Below the pieces are notes generated by a model. The model did not search any database. It saw nothing but the letters and a program-made list of their open reading frames with translations, and was not told where the DNA came from. A stretch of DNA of 63,211 bases, filler included, from Octopus bimaculoides (lineage: Eukaryota), in the NCBI RefSeq assembly GCF_001194135.2. It is 5 parts of 4 records of this genome, joined end to end, with 100 filler letters (N's around TTAATTAATTAA, not from the genome) between each part and the next. Parts side by side here need not be neighbours in the genome. Positions count along the whole stretch, not along the records: positions 33,029 to 44,997 come from NC_069007.1; positions 45,098 to 59,518 come from NC_068991.1; 3 more parts are not named here. One strand, 5' to 3'. Made by a program: the position numbers and the translations under genes. Of this stretch, positions 35,812 through 48,568 are shown in pieces; position 1 is the first letter of the stretch, and each line of letters opens with the position of its first letter.

Positions 35812-36058
35812 ATCATAAATGGTGAGGAGTGGCCTCCCTTTCTATTTGAAAGTCCGGTTGACATGCAATATCCTACAGGGTTACCTCAAACATCCCAGTT
35901 TGCTCTTGGGTATGAATATTACAGCGTACATAGTGGTCATCTGATGTGGTCAACTCTGTGGCTCCGTCAGCACAATCTCTTCTGTGATATCCTGGTTAAT
36001 GAACATCCAGACTGGACTGATGAACAGTTACATCAAGCCGCAAGAACTGCTGTCTTAG
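35812..36058 (+). CDS. PTGS: Cyclooxygenase (PTGS)-like exon (equivalent of PTGS2 exon 7), 247 bp
   Basis: ttcacag|ATC...TTAG|gtaagt; IINGEEWPPFLFESPVDMQYPTGLPQTSQFALGYEYYSVHSGHLMWSTLWLRQHNLFCDILVNEHPDWTDEQLHQAARTAVL vs PTGS2 IIDGEMYPP...[52 protein letters not shown]. Confidence 0.93.
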
Positions 36059-36547
36059 GTAAGTTCTTCATCTTCACTTTATGTAGCATATCTAGAGGTG
36101 CTCAGGTATTTATGAGGCTCCACTCTGTCTTAGCCTCACCACCTCCTAGAACTTGGTCTTTCTGTAACCTGCTGGAAAAGCTATCAAAAATATCTTCTTC
36201 TCCCTCTATCTCCTTTCTCTCTCTCTTTCTTTCTTTCTCTCATTCTCTCTCTTTCTCCCTCTCCCTCTCCTCTCTTCTCCTCTTCAATTTCCAGCTGTCA
36301 TTAAGTAGACTATGAGCAAATGTATACATACCAACACGCATGCTTACATATATCTTTCACTTGTTTCTGCCATTAGACTACGGCCATGCTGGGGCACTGC
36401 CTCAAAGAATTTTAGTTGGACGAATCGACCTCAGTACCTTCTTTCTTTGAAGCATATTATTCTGTCGGTCTCTTTTGCTGGACTGCTAAGTTTACGGGGA
36501 TGTAAACACCTCAGCACTGATTGTCTAATGGTGAGGGGTCAAACACA

Positions 36548-36616
<69 letters not shown>

Positions 36617-36973
36617 AGCCCTAGTAATCCATTACAGCACTTACCTAGCCTACCTAATCGTTTAGATCACTTGTGAACTAAACCTCCATACTTTGCCCTA
36701 ACTCTTCGAAACGCCTGTGTTAGAATGGTGGCAGCTGATGAAGGAAAATGTTCTCTATGTGGCCTGTGTGTTTTCTGTACTCTGGTTATTATTATTTTTT
36801 TGTCTACGTTTTGTTTGCAACATCCTGTACCCAGATATGCACCTATATATACAGGTAGATGTAGGTATGCACATACTTGTACGTATATATGCATATACTC
36901 ATTTTTTATTTGTTTTTTATATATATATATACATATATATATACATATGTGTGTGTGTGTGTGTGTGTGTGTG

Positions 36974-37262
36974 AAGGCGCATGGCTTAGTGGTTAGAGTG
37001 TCGAGCTTACAATCATGAGGTTGTGAGTTCGAATCTCGGAGCGGACTGCGTGTTGTATTCTTGAGCAAGACACTTTATTTCACGTTGCTCCAGTTCACTC
37101 AGCTGTAGAAATGAGTTGCAATATCACAGGTGCCAAGCTGTATCAGCCCCTTTGCCTTTCCCTTGGATAACGCTGGTGGCGTGGAGAGGGGAGGTCGGTA
37201 TGCATGGGCGTCTGCTGGTCTTCCATAAAACAACCTTGCCTGGACTTGTGCCTGGGAGGGTA
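36974..37262 (+). mobile_element. tRNA-headed SINE (family D)
   Basis: A box TGGCTTAGTGG, B box GAGTTCGAATC, core GTTGTATTCTTGAGCAAGACACTT; fragments at ~31115-31190 and ~56360-56480. Confidence 0.75.
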
Positions 37263-37282
37263 ACTTTGTCATAGACATCAGC

Positions 37283-37545
37283 TGTTTTGGTGAGGTGAAT
37301 ATCTCTTCAGAAAATCTAAGTGAAAGAGAATAACTATGGACAACTGCTTTGAAACCTTCAGCTTTTATACCTAAACTAATATTTGTACTCTTAGTAATTG
37401 GTGTGCTTGGTTTAGTGAGTAAATGCTTAGATGACAATCTGGATAAGCTAGGGTTTTCAGGAAAACAAATCAACTACATTATATGTACACTACAATTACA
37501 ATTTGTAAGCAGAACAGTAAAAATATGCAAGGCTTTTTGAAAGTT
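37283..37545 (+). mobile_element. C-terminal remnant of a second RLE-type LINE
   Basis: KLIFVLLVIGVLGLVSKCLDDNLDKLGFSGKQINYIICTLQLQFVSRTVKICKAF resembles the R4-type C-terminus (P..IGALG...L...L.KLG...LQ...GT.KI). Confidence 0.55.
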
Positions 37546-38520
37546 AGAATGTGACATTGCTTTGGTAAGCTACATTCCAATGATGGAGCTTTGCATCTTT
37601 GTTAGAAACCAGCTGCTTTTGTACTGGAAGATTTCAAATAATTAATTAAAAATTGAGGAGAACATACATACATACATACATACATACATACATACATACA
37701 TACATACATACACACATACATACATACATACATACATACATACATACATACATACATACATACATACATTTATACATACTTTGATAGGTTTCGGCCAGTA
37801 TTGGCCCGGGCCATGTCTAACTTAATAGCACTTCCTGGCAGAGTCATTCAAATCAGGAATCGGACAATATGGCCCACTCAACTACAGAGTTATTTACAGA
37901 GACATATTCGGGTGTAGGAGGTTTATCCAAGATTTTTTGGAGGAATTTGTCCAAAGACTTCTTGAACTTTATGGGGTCTGTTTCTGCTTTCATGTGTTTT
38001 AATGTAATGTTAAAGAGAGCGGGGCCAATAACATAACATAACTTATGTGGCTATTGATAAGGAGTTTGCAAATCCAGTACCAGGTTTTTAAAAAATTAAG
38101 TAATGGGGTTGATTCATTTGACTAAAATTCATCAAAGTAGTGCCCCAGTATGGCCATAACCTAATGACTAAAACAAGTAAGAGATAGAAGATAAAAGCTA
38201 TATTTGTGTGTGTGTGTTTAAATATGAATTAGAAGCAGCTTGAGGGATATAAACAATATCGAACACACATACACAAGGTATGTGTTTTGCTAGTTCGTGG
38301 GTGGGCTGCACTTATAGGCATAAGTAAATATATTCTCATCAATAGGCACAGGTGTGGCTGTGAGAATAGGTGCAGGTGTGGCTGTGTGGTAAGAAGCTCG
38401 CTTCCTAACCACACAGTTCTGGGGTCAGTCCCACTGTGGGTGTGTGTCTTCTACTATAACCTTAAGCCGACCAAAGCCTTTTGAATGGATTTGGTAGACG
38501 GAAACTGAAAGAACCCCGTC

Positions 38521-38555
<35 letters not shown>

Positions 38556-39239
38556 NNNNNNNNNNNNNNNNNNNNNNNNNNNNNNNNNNNNNNNNNNNNN
38601 NNNNNNNNNNNNNNNNNNNNNNNNNNNNNNNNNNNNNNNNNNNNNNNNNNNNNNNNNNNNNNNNNNNNNNNNNNNNNNNNNNNNNNNNNNNNNNNNNNNN
38701 NNNNNNNNNNNNNNNNNNNNNNNNNNNNNNNNNNNNNNNNNNNNNNNNNNNNNNNNNNNNNNNNNNNNNNNNNNNNNNNNNNNNNNNNNNNNNNNNNNNN
38801 NNNNNNNNNNNNNNNNNNNNNNNNNNNNNNNNNNNNNNNNNNNNNNNNNNNNNNNNNNNNNNNNNNNNNNNNNNNNNNNNNNNNNNNNNNNNNNNNNNNN
38901 NNNNNNNNNNNNNNNNNNNNNNNNNNNNNNNNNNNNNNNNNNNNNNNNNNNNNNNNNNNNNNNNNNNNNNNNNNNNNNNNNNNNNNNNNNNNNNNNNNNN
39001 NNNNNNNNNNNNNNNNNNNNNNNNNNNNNNNNNNNNNNNNNNNNNNNNNNNNNNNNNNNNNNNNNNNNNNNNNNNNNNNNNNNNNNNNNNNNNNNNNNNN
39101 NNNNNNNNNNNNNNNNNNNNNNNNNNNNNNNNNNNNNNNNNNNNNNNNNNNNNNNNNNNNNNNNNNNNNNNNNNNNNNNNNNNNNNNNNNNNNNNNNNNN
39201 NNNNNNNNNNNNNNNNNNNNNNNNNNNNNNNNNNNNNNN

Positions 39240-39649
39240 NAGAACTTTTCCTATAGTGTACTAAAGAACTGGTATAATTGCTCACGTGTTATTTACTGAC
39301 TCTCTTTCTATTTGCTGTAATAATTCACATACACACACATGTATCACTCACATACATACTCTTCTTTGTATGACGGCCTGTCTTTGATTATGTTCTTATA
39401 TGTCGCATTCACACTCACACACAGACATACATCTTTAACGCTACAATAAATATCTCTGTTATTCATCTTATATGGTTGTGGTCTTTCATTACTGGTCATC
39501 TATGTTATCGTCGTATAACATATTATGTATATCATCTCTGATATATATATTTTGTGTTCGACCGTGTGACGCGTTTAAATAAAAGGAGTCCTCTGTTTTT
39601 CCATTCATCACCGTTTCTCCTTTTTGAGTTCGCACGGTCGTTCCTTACA
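39240..39649 (+). mobile_element. 3' part of an LTR related to 12537-13514
   Basis: Shared GACGGCCTGTCTT, ACTCACAC..AGACAT, AATAAA, TTGTG..CGAC.GTG.GACGCG, ending GTCGTTCCTTACA. Confidence 0.55.
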
Positions 39650-40217
39650 TATATATATGTATATACATTTATGTATTTGTGCCTTTATGTCTTTGTTTGC
39701 TCCCCTACCATTGCTTGACAACTGATCTTAGTGTGTTTATGTCCCCGAAACTTTGCAGTTCAACAAAAGAGACTGATAGAATAAGTACTAGGCTTACAAA
39801 GAATAAGTCCTGGGGTCAATTTCTTTGACTAAAGGCGGTGCTCAAGCATGGCTGCAGTCAAAATGACTGAAACATGTAAAAGAGTCAAAGAGTAATGTAT
39901 CTGGTGTTAAAACATATATGTATATATGTGTGTATATTATTATATGTATATATGTATTTGTATATTATATGTATATATGGGTGTGTGTATATATTATATG
40001 TATATGTATGTATGTATATTATTATATGTATATATGTGTGTGTGTGTGTATTATGTATATATATGTATGTGTGTATATTATTTTATGTACATATGTGTGT
40101 GTGTGTATATTATTATATGTAAAAATGCATGTGTGTATTATATGTATATATATATGTGTGTGTATATTATTATATGTTTATATATATATATGTGTGTGTG
40201 TATATATTATTGTCCAG

Positions 40218-40504
40218 CTATGAACATAAAGATTATTGTGGAGGAATACATCGCCCACATGGCCCGTTACTACTACAGTTATGTCTACACTCCGGAGGCT
40301 GTATTCCAAGATGGTGCCCAGTGCAAAGAATTCATGCTGGAAGAGTTCAAGCTGCTTTTACATTGGCACCAAATGTTACCAGACCAAATTGCTTTCAATG
40401 GAACCGCTTATGACATGAAAGACTTTCTGTTCCAGTCACAGTTTCTCATTCAATTTGGAATCGGTCCTTATGTTGAGGCCCTCATTAAACAGTCTGCAGG
40501 AAGG
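40218..40504 (+). CDS. PTGS: Cyclooxygenase (PTGS)-like exon (equivalent of PTGS2 exon 8), 287 bp; HWH present, Tyr385 replaced by Leu
   Basis: tgtccag|CT...GGAAGG|gtaagt; AMNIKIIVEEYIAHMARYYYSYVYTPEAVFQDGAQCKEFMLEEFKLLLHWHQMLPDQIAFNGTAYDMKDFLFQSQFLIQFGIGPYVEALIKQSAGR vs ETIKIVIEDYVQHLSGY...EFNTLYHWHPLLPD...RQIAGR; phases fit both neighbours. Confidence 0.95.
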
Positions 40505-41893
40505 GTAAGTTCTTGCAAGTTCTTGGAACGATTTCTTTTTTTTATTCATTTTCACTTGGCTGGACACTGTCTATTGTTCTTTTTTTTTCTTTTTCCTTTT
40601 TTCTTTCTCTTTTTACTTTCCTCCCTCTTCTTTTCTTCTTCCTTCTTTTTCTTCTTTCTCTCTTCATCTCCTGTCTCCCCCCCCTGTACCCCACCAGATG
40701 ATGTAGTGTCATTCATCCCCCTTGTTTCTTCATTTCAAGATATTTTAAAAGCTGAAAGCAATTGGGGGGATCTAACTCCCAAGGCAGGACATTGCTCAGA
40801 ATCAGCAGAGCCCTGGACAAAACCCTTCACTTTAATTAGTTCCTGTCCTTTATGTTCTCAGTTCAAATCCCACCAGAGTCCAGTTTGCTTTTTTGCTTTC
40901 TTTATCTCTTGGGGGTGTGGTGGGGGTGGGGGAGCGATACTACCTCAAAATAAAGAAAGGGAGGAAGAGAAATGAGGGAGAGAGAGATGAAGGGAAACCT
41001 TGGATAACATTGCAGAATGCAACAGAAACACGAGAGAACAGAGCTGAAGACATTATAAAAAATACATATTGGAACAACTGCAAAGGACACCAGGACAGAA
41101 TGGAACACATAGGAACACTTTAGCGAACACCAGAATATGGTCATAGCAGGAGTCTGTGGAAGATTCTAGAATGTAACATAACACACCAGAATACAGTGGA
41201 ACATATAAGGGCACAAAGAACACATGAAGGCATTATAGAACCTGTCAGACTACAACAGAATGTATCAGAGCACAGTAGGACATTCCTGAACACAATAAGA
41301 ACACAATACAGAAGACAAGAATAGAAAGAACACAGCAGGTGGTGGTAGTGGTGGTGGTGGTGGCAGCGNNNNNNNNNNTGGTGGTAGTAGTAATGGGTGG
41401 TTGTCGAGTGACCATTGCAGTAGGTGGTATTGATGTTGGTGGTGGTGGGTGTGTGTGGCAGTAGTGATGGTGGTGGTAGTAGTAATGGGTGGTTGTCGAG
41501 TGACCATTGCAGTAGGTGGTAGTGCTGTTGGTGATGGTGGTGGCGGTGGGGGTGTGTAGCAGTAGTTATGGTGGGAGGTGATGGTGTAAGTGGTGGTGGC
41601 AATGAGGATAGTGGTGGTGGTGGTGGTGGTGGTGGTAAGTGGTTATGATAATGGGTGGTGGTAGCTGTGGTGGCGGTGGTGGTGATTGTGGTAGGAATGA
41701 GGGCAGAATTATAGTGGAATTAAGAATATTTGCTGATAACTGCACCCACGAGTCAATATGGCACCATCTAGTGGATGTTTGTAAATAGGTTTGGCTTTAA
41801 TTGACCAATTAGGGTTAAGCATTCCCTCGTGTCTTAAATGTGAGTTCACACACACAAGTGCAACTCACACTCACACATATACACATTCATATA

Positions 41894-41933
<40 letters not shown>

Positions 41934-44099
41934 TGTACATGTACACAAGCACACACACACGCATACATAGTCATGTACACCCACTTGTAAATACATATTC
42001 ACACACACCCATGAACACACACACACATACTCACAAACACACATATACACACATACACTCACACACACAGACACGTACACCCACTTATAAATACATATTC
42101 ACACACATACATATACACTTGAACACTCACACACACACAGAGTCACAGATGGTCAAGATAATTAAGGTAACAAGATCCACTGACAATATTTACTTTGCTC
42201 AATTTTTATTTTTTGCTGCCAACTTCACAGTTCGAATCGCACAGGTGGACCAAATTTATATTTCTGATATTGATCAATAAACTAAACTAAATCACCTGTG
42301 AAGATCAATCAACTAAAAAATAAATTACTTGTGAATTACTTTTGAAGAGCCACCTCAACTCCTTTGGTAACAGGATGCTTCACAGGACCACGGGTTAGTA
42401 TTGGTTAGATTTTCTGTCCAACCAATGGCTCCACTCAGAAATTGAAATGCTTCCTGTTACTTATGTGATTTGGGAGTGTCAGCTCAATCTGTTTGTACAT
42501 GTTACTCAATTTTCTGAGTTGAATTCTGTGTATTGTGTTCTTTTCTCTGAGGAAGAGTGGTGGCTCATGTTGGTTGGCCACATGTCGGTTGGCCACATGT
42601 CGATTGGCTACATGTCACATGGTCACAGTGGATGACAAAATATATTGTGGAAACAGGTGACGCCGAGGACTTTGTTTGTGCTTGGGGCGTTGTGTGGGAT
42701 GGCCGGAGCAAATAGAAGCACTGTCGTGAGAGCGAAGGGATTCAGCTGATGATGCCCACCCTTCCTGTCTTTAGATCTTGACTAAAACTGACCCCAAATC
42801 AGTGAAGGAGCTCCTCTGAAGTAGTTTGATTTCCCTGCTAGAAATACCAACCAAATCACCTCGCAATGCCTCTAATCTATCCAAACTTACAAAGCTTTGC
42901 ATTTGCCAGAAAATTTATTATTTGTTGTTTATATGTAAGAAGGACAGTTGTTGGTAGGTTGTGAATGATTGGTTCAGTATCTGTAGCTGATGAGGTGTAA
43001 TGATGTAGAAACATGTGGCCTGCTGTTCAATGATATTATTCAGAGCCCCACATTATCTTCTCATAGACAATGTAGATTTCCCCATACACAGCCAATCAGG
43101 AGAATTTCTTTTCTGAGACAACTACAACAGTAAATGTATCATTTGTATGTTTGGGTGTTGATCAATGGTTCTCGGCTATTTTTCCCCCCCCTATGAATCC
43201 CTTTTGATTTCAGTTTTATTCAACTGGATCTCCATAGCCATTCGCTGTAAATATAAAAAAAACTTACTGCATTTTTATTGTTAAATATTATTAGAAATTA
43301 TATATAAAAAAAAATTTTAATTGTTGAATTACAAATAATGAACTGTACATGAATTTTAACAGCAAAGCCTTATATGGACCCACAACGGAAATATGGTCTC
43401 TCAAGTATGGTCTCTCAAATATGAACCCTGGTTGAGAATCACTGGTGTACACAAACATGTTAAATATAAATATACACAGCTTAATTTTAATTATCACTTA
43501 CCTGCATGGCAATCATGTAGTTTTGAGTTCAGTTCTGCTGCACAGCACCTTAGGCAAGTTGTCTCCAACTAATACCCCCAGGGCAACCAAGTGAATTTAG
43601 TAGATGGCAACTGTGTGTATACATACATACACAAATAATATATATACATCCTAAATGTGAATGGATTTATAATAGAAGACTAAAGCTACTTAGTGGCTCC
43701 CTCATTGGTTTACATAAACAGCAGTTAAATACTGGAGTAGATTCAATCCTTTAACTAGAAAATTAAATTTCATGCTTATTCCAGTTATGATTTTAAATAC
43801 CTACCAAAGAATGATTTTTTTTTTCTGCAAGTTACATTGCCTCAACAAACTTGACATATATCAACAAAAAATAATTCCAAACACAACATTTCTTCAACAA
43901 AAGATAGACTGGTATACAGAACTGCCTTCTGCAGTTAAGGGTAATGAAATTTTGAGTGGCTGTATCTGATTTCCATTGTAAAAGGGTTAAATTAATGATT
44001 CTCAAGACTGGTATTATGTTAATTAATCAAAGCTTCTCATCATTGTTGTATTGACAGAAAGCTTGCTAAAGGTCTGCTTTGATTGTGTTGTTGCGACAG

Positions 44100-44244
44100 G
44101 TCACTCACCATAACCATGGTCCTGCAACTATACTCCATGCCAGAAAAGCCTTACTCCATGCCAGAACATTACGACTCCAGTCCTACAACAATTACCTCAG
44201 ACATTTCAAGTTGAAAACCCCAAAGACCTTTATTGAGCTGACAG
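44100..44244 (+). CDS. PTGS: Cyclooxygenase (PTGS)-like exon (equivalent of PTGS2 exon 9), 145 bp
   Basis: gcgacag|GTC...ACAG|gtaagc; VTHHNHGPATILHARKALLHARTLRLQSYNNYLRHFKLKTPKTFIELTG vs VAGGRNVPP...[28 protein letters not shown]. Confidence 0.9.
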
Positions 44245-44997
44245 GTAAGCTGGTACCTTTCCTATTCCCCTCTTCTCTCTCTCTTTCCATCTCTCCTATT
44301 TCTCTCAATCTGTAAGTTACCTCCTATCCACCCATCCATCCATCCATCTCTAACAAGTCAAGCAACCGCATGCAGGTTCCTTCATTGGCTGTTCTTCAAG
44401 TAGCTGTTGTCTAATGTACACTGGATGAGATTTCAGGTAAAGCAAAACAGATGGAAAAATATCAGCTCAACCTGGCCCAACCAATCCAAATTGTTTTAAC
44501 CCTGCAAGTTTTTTCTATCCTTTCTTTCATATATCAGGTGTGGATGTGTGGTAAGAAGCTGGCTTCCCAACCACATAGTCCTGGGTTTAGTCCCACTGTG
44601 TGGCACTTTGGGCAAGTGTCTTCTACTATAACCTCGAGCTGACTGACCAAAGCCTTATGAGTGGATTTGGTAGACAGAAACTAAGAGAAGGTCTCAAGTA
44701 TATATATATATATATATATATGTATATGTATATATCTGTGCACGTGTCTTTGTGTCTGTCTTTGTACCCTCATCACTGCTTGACAACTGGTGTTGGTGTG
44801 TTTAAGTCCCTGTTACTTAGTGGTTCAGCAAGAGAGACTGATAGAAAAAGTACTAGGCTTAAAAAAAAAAAAAGAAATTCTGGAGTTGATTTGTTCAACT
44901 AAAATTCCACAAGGCAGTGCTCCAGCATGGCTGCAGTCAAATGACTGAAACAAAGAAAAGAATAAAAGTGTGTATATATATATATATATATATATAT

Positions 44998-45097
44998 NNN
45001 NNNNNNNNNNNNNNNNNNNNNNNNNNNNNNNNNNNNNNNNNTTAATTAATTAANNNNNNNNNNNNNNNNNNNNNNNNNNNNNNNNNNNNNNNNNNNN
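44998..45097. other. Artificial scaffold linker
   Basis: 44 N + TTAATTAATTAA + 44 N. Confidence 0.95.
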
Positions 45098-46031
45098 GGT
45101 GGTGGTAGTTTCGATGGTAGCGGTGGCGGTAGCGGTGCTAGTGGTAGTGGTAGCGGCGCTAATGGTAGTGGTAGCGGCGCTAGTGGTAGTGGTAGCGGCG
45201 CTAATGGTAGTGGTAGTGGTAGCAGTGCTGTGATGGTGGGGATGTTTTAATGTTGGGGTGGTAGTTCTGATGTTAGCGTTGGCATGGCGACAGCGGTATA
45301 GGGATGGTGGTAGTTGTAACTAGTGCGGTTGCAGCGCTAGTGGTAGTGGTGGTGTAGTGATGTTCTTGTGGTAGTTCTGATGATAGCGGTGGTATGGTGG
45401 TAGCGGTGGTAGTAGCAGTGGTGGTAGCTGGAGTGGTAAAGATGGTGGTAGACAAAGTAGTGTCGGAGGTTGGATTTTGGTAGGGTGGCTGTTGTGGTTG
45501 TAGTGCTGGTGGTGGTGTCGTGGAGTTTCGATGGTGTGGTAGTGGTTGTGGTAGTGATATATATTGAGTTTTGATAGAGTGGTTGTTGTGGTTGCATTGG
45601 TGGTGACGGTGGTTCTGGTGGTAGTGGTGGAAGTGGTAGTGGTGGTGTGATGGTAGTGACGGTGGAGTAGTATTGGTGGTGGGTTTGGTGGTGGAGGTAA
45701 TGGTGGATGTGGTGGTAGTGGTAGTGGTTGTAGTGATGGTGGTAGTGACAGTGGTTGTAGTGGTGGTGGTTGTCTAAGTAAAGAATGGTATTGGTGGTGG
45801 TAAGTACACGTTGGTTGTGTTGATGGGTGTGGTGGTCCTCATGGTGGCGGTGAACTTTTGGTGGGACAGTAGTAGTAGTAGTAGTAGTAACAATAGCAGT
45901 AGTAGTGCTGTGGTGGTGGTGGTGGTGGTGGTTGTGGTGGTGGTGTGGTGGTGGTAGTTGTGGTGGTAAAGTTTGGTACTTGTGGTACTATTGGTAACTT
46001 TGGTTGCGTGGTAGTTCTGAAATTGGTTTAC

Positions 46032-46082
<51 letters not shown>

Positions 46083-46720
46083 AATCGGTAGAGTTATTGG
46101 TGGTGATGATGGTGGTGGTGGTGGTGGTGGTAGTAGTAGTAGTAGTAGAATCAGTAGAGTTATTGGTGGTGATAGTGGTAGTAGTATTGGTAGAGTTATT
46201 GGTGGTGGTGGTTGCGGTGATTAGTAAATTTATTATTGTTGCTACTGTTGTAGTGTATTGTGGTGACTGTGTAGTTCAGAGGTTACTGTTGTGGGGTTGC
46301 AGTTAAAGTAGCGGTGTAATACTGAGTCTCCTGGTGGTAGTGTAGTGATGGGACTGATGTGGTAGTGGTGTAGTACTGAAGCTGTTGTTGTGGTCGTCAC
46401 GGTTGAAGTGGCGGTGTAATGGTAAGATTGATGTGATGGTGGTAGTACAATGTAAATGTCGAGGTTGTGGTGGCTGTAGTGGTCGGTATACTATTGAAGA
46501 TGGTGTGCTGGTTGTAGTAGTGGTGGTGGTGGTGGTGGTGGTGGTGGTGGTAGAGGTGGTGGTGGTGATGGTGGTGGTGGTGTATGAAAGTTCTCTGAGG
46601 TGCCTGTACAGGTGTTAGTGGAGTGCTGATGGAGTGTTGATGTAATGTTGAGGTGGTTGTGATCGGAGTGGTGGTGCAGCGTTGAGACTGCTGTAGCTGC
46701 GGTGGCAGTGGTGGTAAGAT
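45098..46720. repeat. Degenerate (GGT/AGT)n low-complexity tract
   Basis: Direct reading; similar tracts at 41335-41700, 48390-48470 and 52770-52980. Confidence 0.92.
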
Positions 46721-48391
46721 TATATCATTGTTGTTGTTATTCCAGTTATTGTTGCGGTGCTCGTGGTGGCAGAATCGTTTGAGCGCCAGGCAAAATTCTT
46801 AGCGACATTTTGTCCGTCCTTACGTTCCGAGTTCAAATTCTGCCGAAGTCGACTTTGCTTTTCATCTTTACGTGATCGATAAAACAAGTACCAGTATTGT
46901 AATGGGGATTCATAAAAGTCATCAGTCCCCTCCCCGAAAATTTCAGGCCTTGTGCCTTTAGTAGAAAGGATTATTATTGCGGTGCTGATATAAGCGTCAC
47001 AATAACCCAAGGTCAGTGATAAACCATTAATCCTTTGATCACAATCATTCCTACCACGACCATCCCATTTTTTCCTAATGTATTGTGTCTCTCGGATCAC
47101 ATTATCCACGTTATTTAATACTCTTTTACTTGTTCCAGTCATTTGACTGTGGCCATGCTGGAGCACCGCCTTTAGTCGAGCAAATCGATCCCAGGACTTA
47201 TTCTTTGTAAGCCTAGTACTTATTCTATCGGTCTCTTTTGCCGAACCGCAGCATCGGGGGGACAAATATAGACACACAAACATACACATGCACATACATA
47301 CATANNNNNNNNNNNNNNNNNNNNNNNNNNNNNNNNNNNNNNNNNNNNNNNNNNNNNNNNNNNNNNNNNNNNNNNNNNNNNNNNNNNNNNNNNNNNNNNN
47401 NNNNNNNNNNNNNNNNNNNNNNNNNNNNNNNNNNNNNNNNNNNNNNNNNNNNNNNNNNNNNNNNNNNNNNNNNNNNNNNNNNNNNNNNNNNNNNNNNNNN
47501 NNNNNNNNNNNNNNNNNNNNNNNNNNNNNNNNNNNNNNNNNNNNNNNNNNNNNNNNNNNNNNNNNNNNNNNNNNNNNNNNNNNNNNNNNNNNNNNNNNNN
47601 NNNNNNNNNNNNNNNNNNNNNNNNNNNNNNNNNNNNNNNNNNNNNNNNNNNNNNNNNNNNNNNNNNNNNNNNNNNNNNNNNNNNNNNNNNNNNNNNNNNN
47701 NNNNNNNNNNNNNNNNNNNNNNNNNNNNNNNNNNNNNNNNNNNNNNNNNNNNNNNNNNNNNNNNNNNNNNNNNNNNNNNNNNNNNNNNNNNNNNNNNNNN
47801 NNNNNNNNNNNNNNNNNNNNNNNNNNNNNNNNNNNNNNNNNNNNNTATTGTCCTGTACCCAGATATGCACCTATACATACAGGTGGATGTCGGTATGCAC
47901 ATACCTGTACGTATATATGCATATACTCATTTACTATATATATACATATATATATATATACATATATACGACGGGCTTCTTTCAGTTTCTGTCTACCAAA
48001 TCCACTCACAAGGCTTTGGTCGGGCCGAGGCTATAGTAGAAGACACTTGCCCAAGGTGCCACGCAGTGGGACTGAACCCGGAACCATGTGGCTGGTAAGC
48101 AAGCTACTACCACACAGCCACTCTTACGCCTATGTGTCCTTCATTTTTATGAACCATGGGATGTTTCCTTCTATTTCTAGAATGATAAGCGACCACATAG
48201 CGACGCCCGTTGCTATGTGTGATGATAGTGTCGTCGCGGCGTGGTTGTAGCGATTACTCATGCTGTTGGCGGTGTTGTTGATGATGATGATGATTATGAC
48301 ATCAACGACCACGATAACTAAGATGACGCTGATTATAGTTTGCAGGGGTGGGTCGTCGGGTATGAAGTCGGTAATAGTGACGATGATTATT

Positions 48392-48467
<76 letters not shown>

Positions 48468-48529
48468 CAACTGGTGATCTTGGTGATCGTGCTGTTAGTG
48501 TTATTGCACATGTTATTTATTAGTGTTTT

Positions 48530-48568
<39 letters not shown>

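Noticed and set aside
18619-44244. Functional clustering of hexosaminidase and PTGS-like genes
   Set aside because: A synthetic linker (32929-33028) separates them, so adjacency is unverified.
45098-46720. Poly-Val / poly-Thr ORFs as mucin-like or membrane proteins
   Set aside because: Degenerate trinucleotide low complexity with stops in all frames and no splice-consistent structure.
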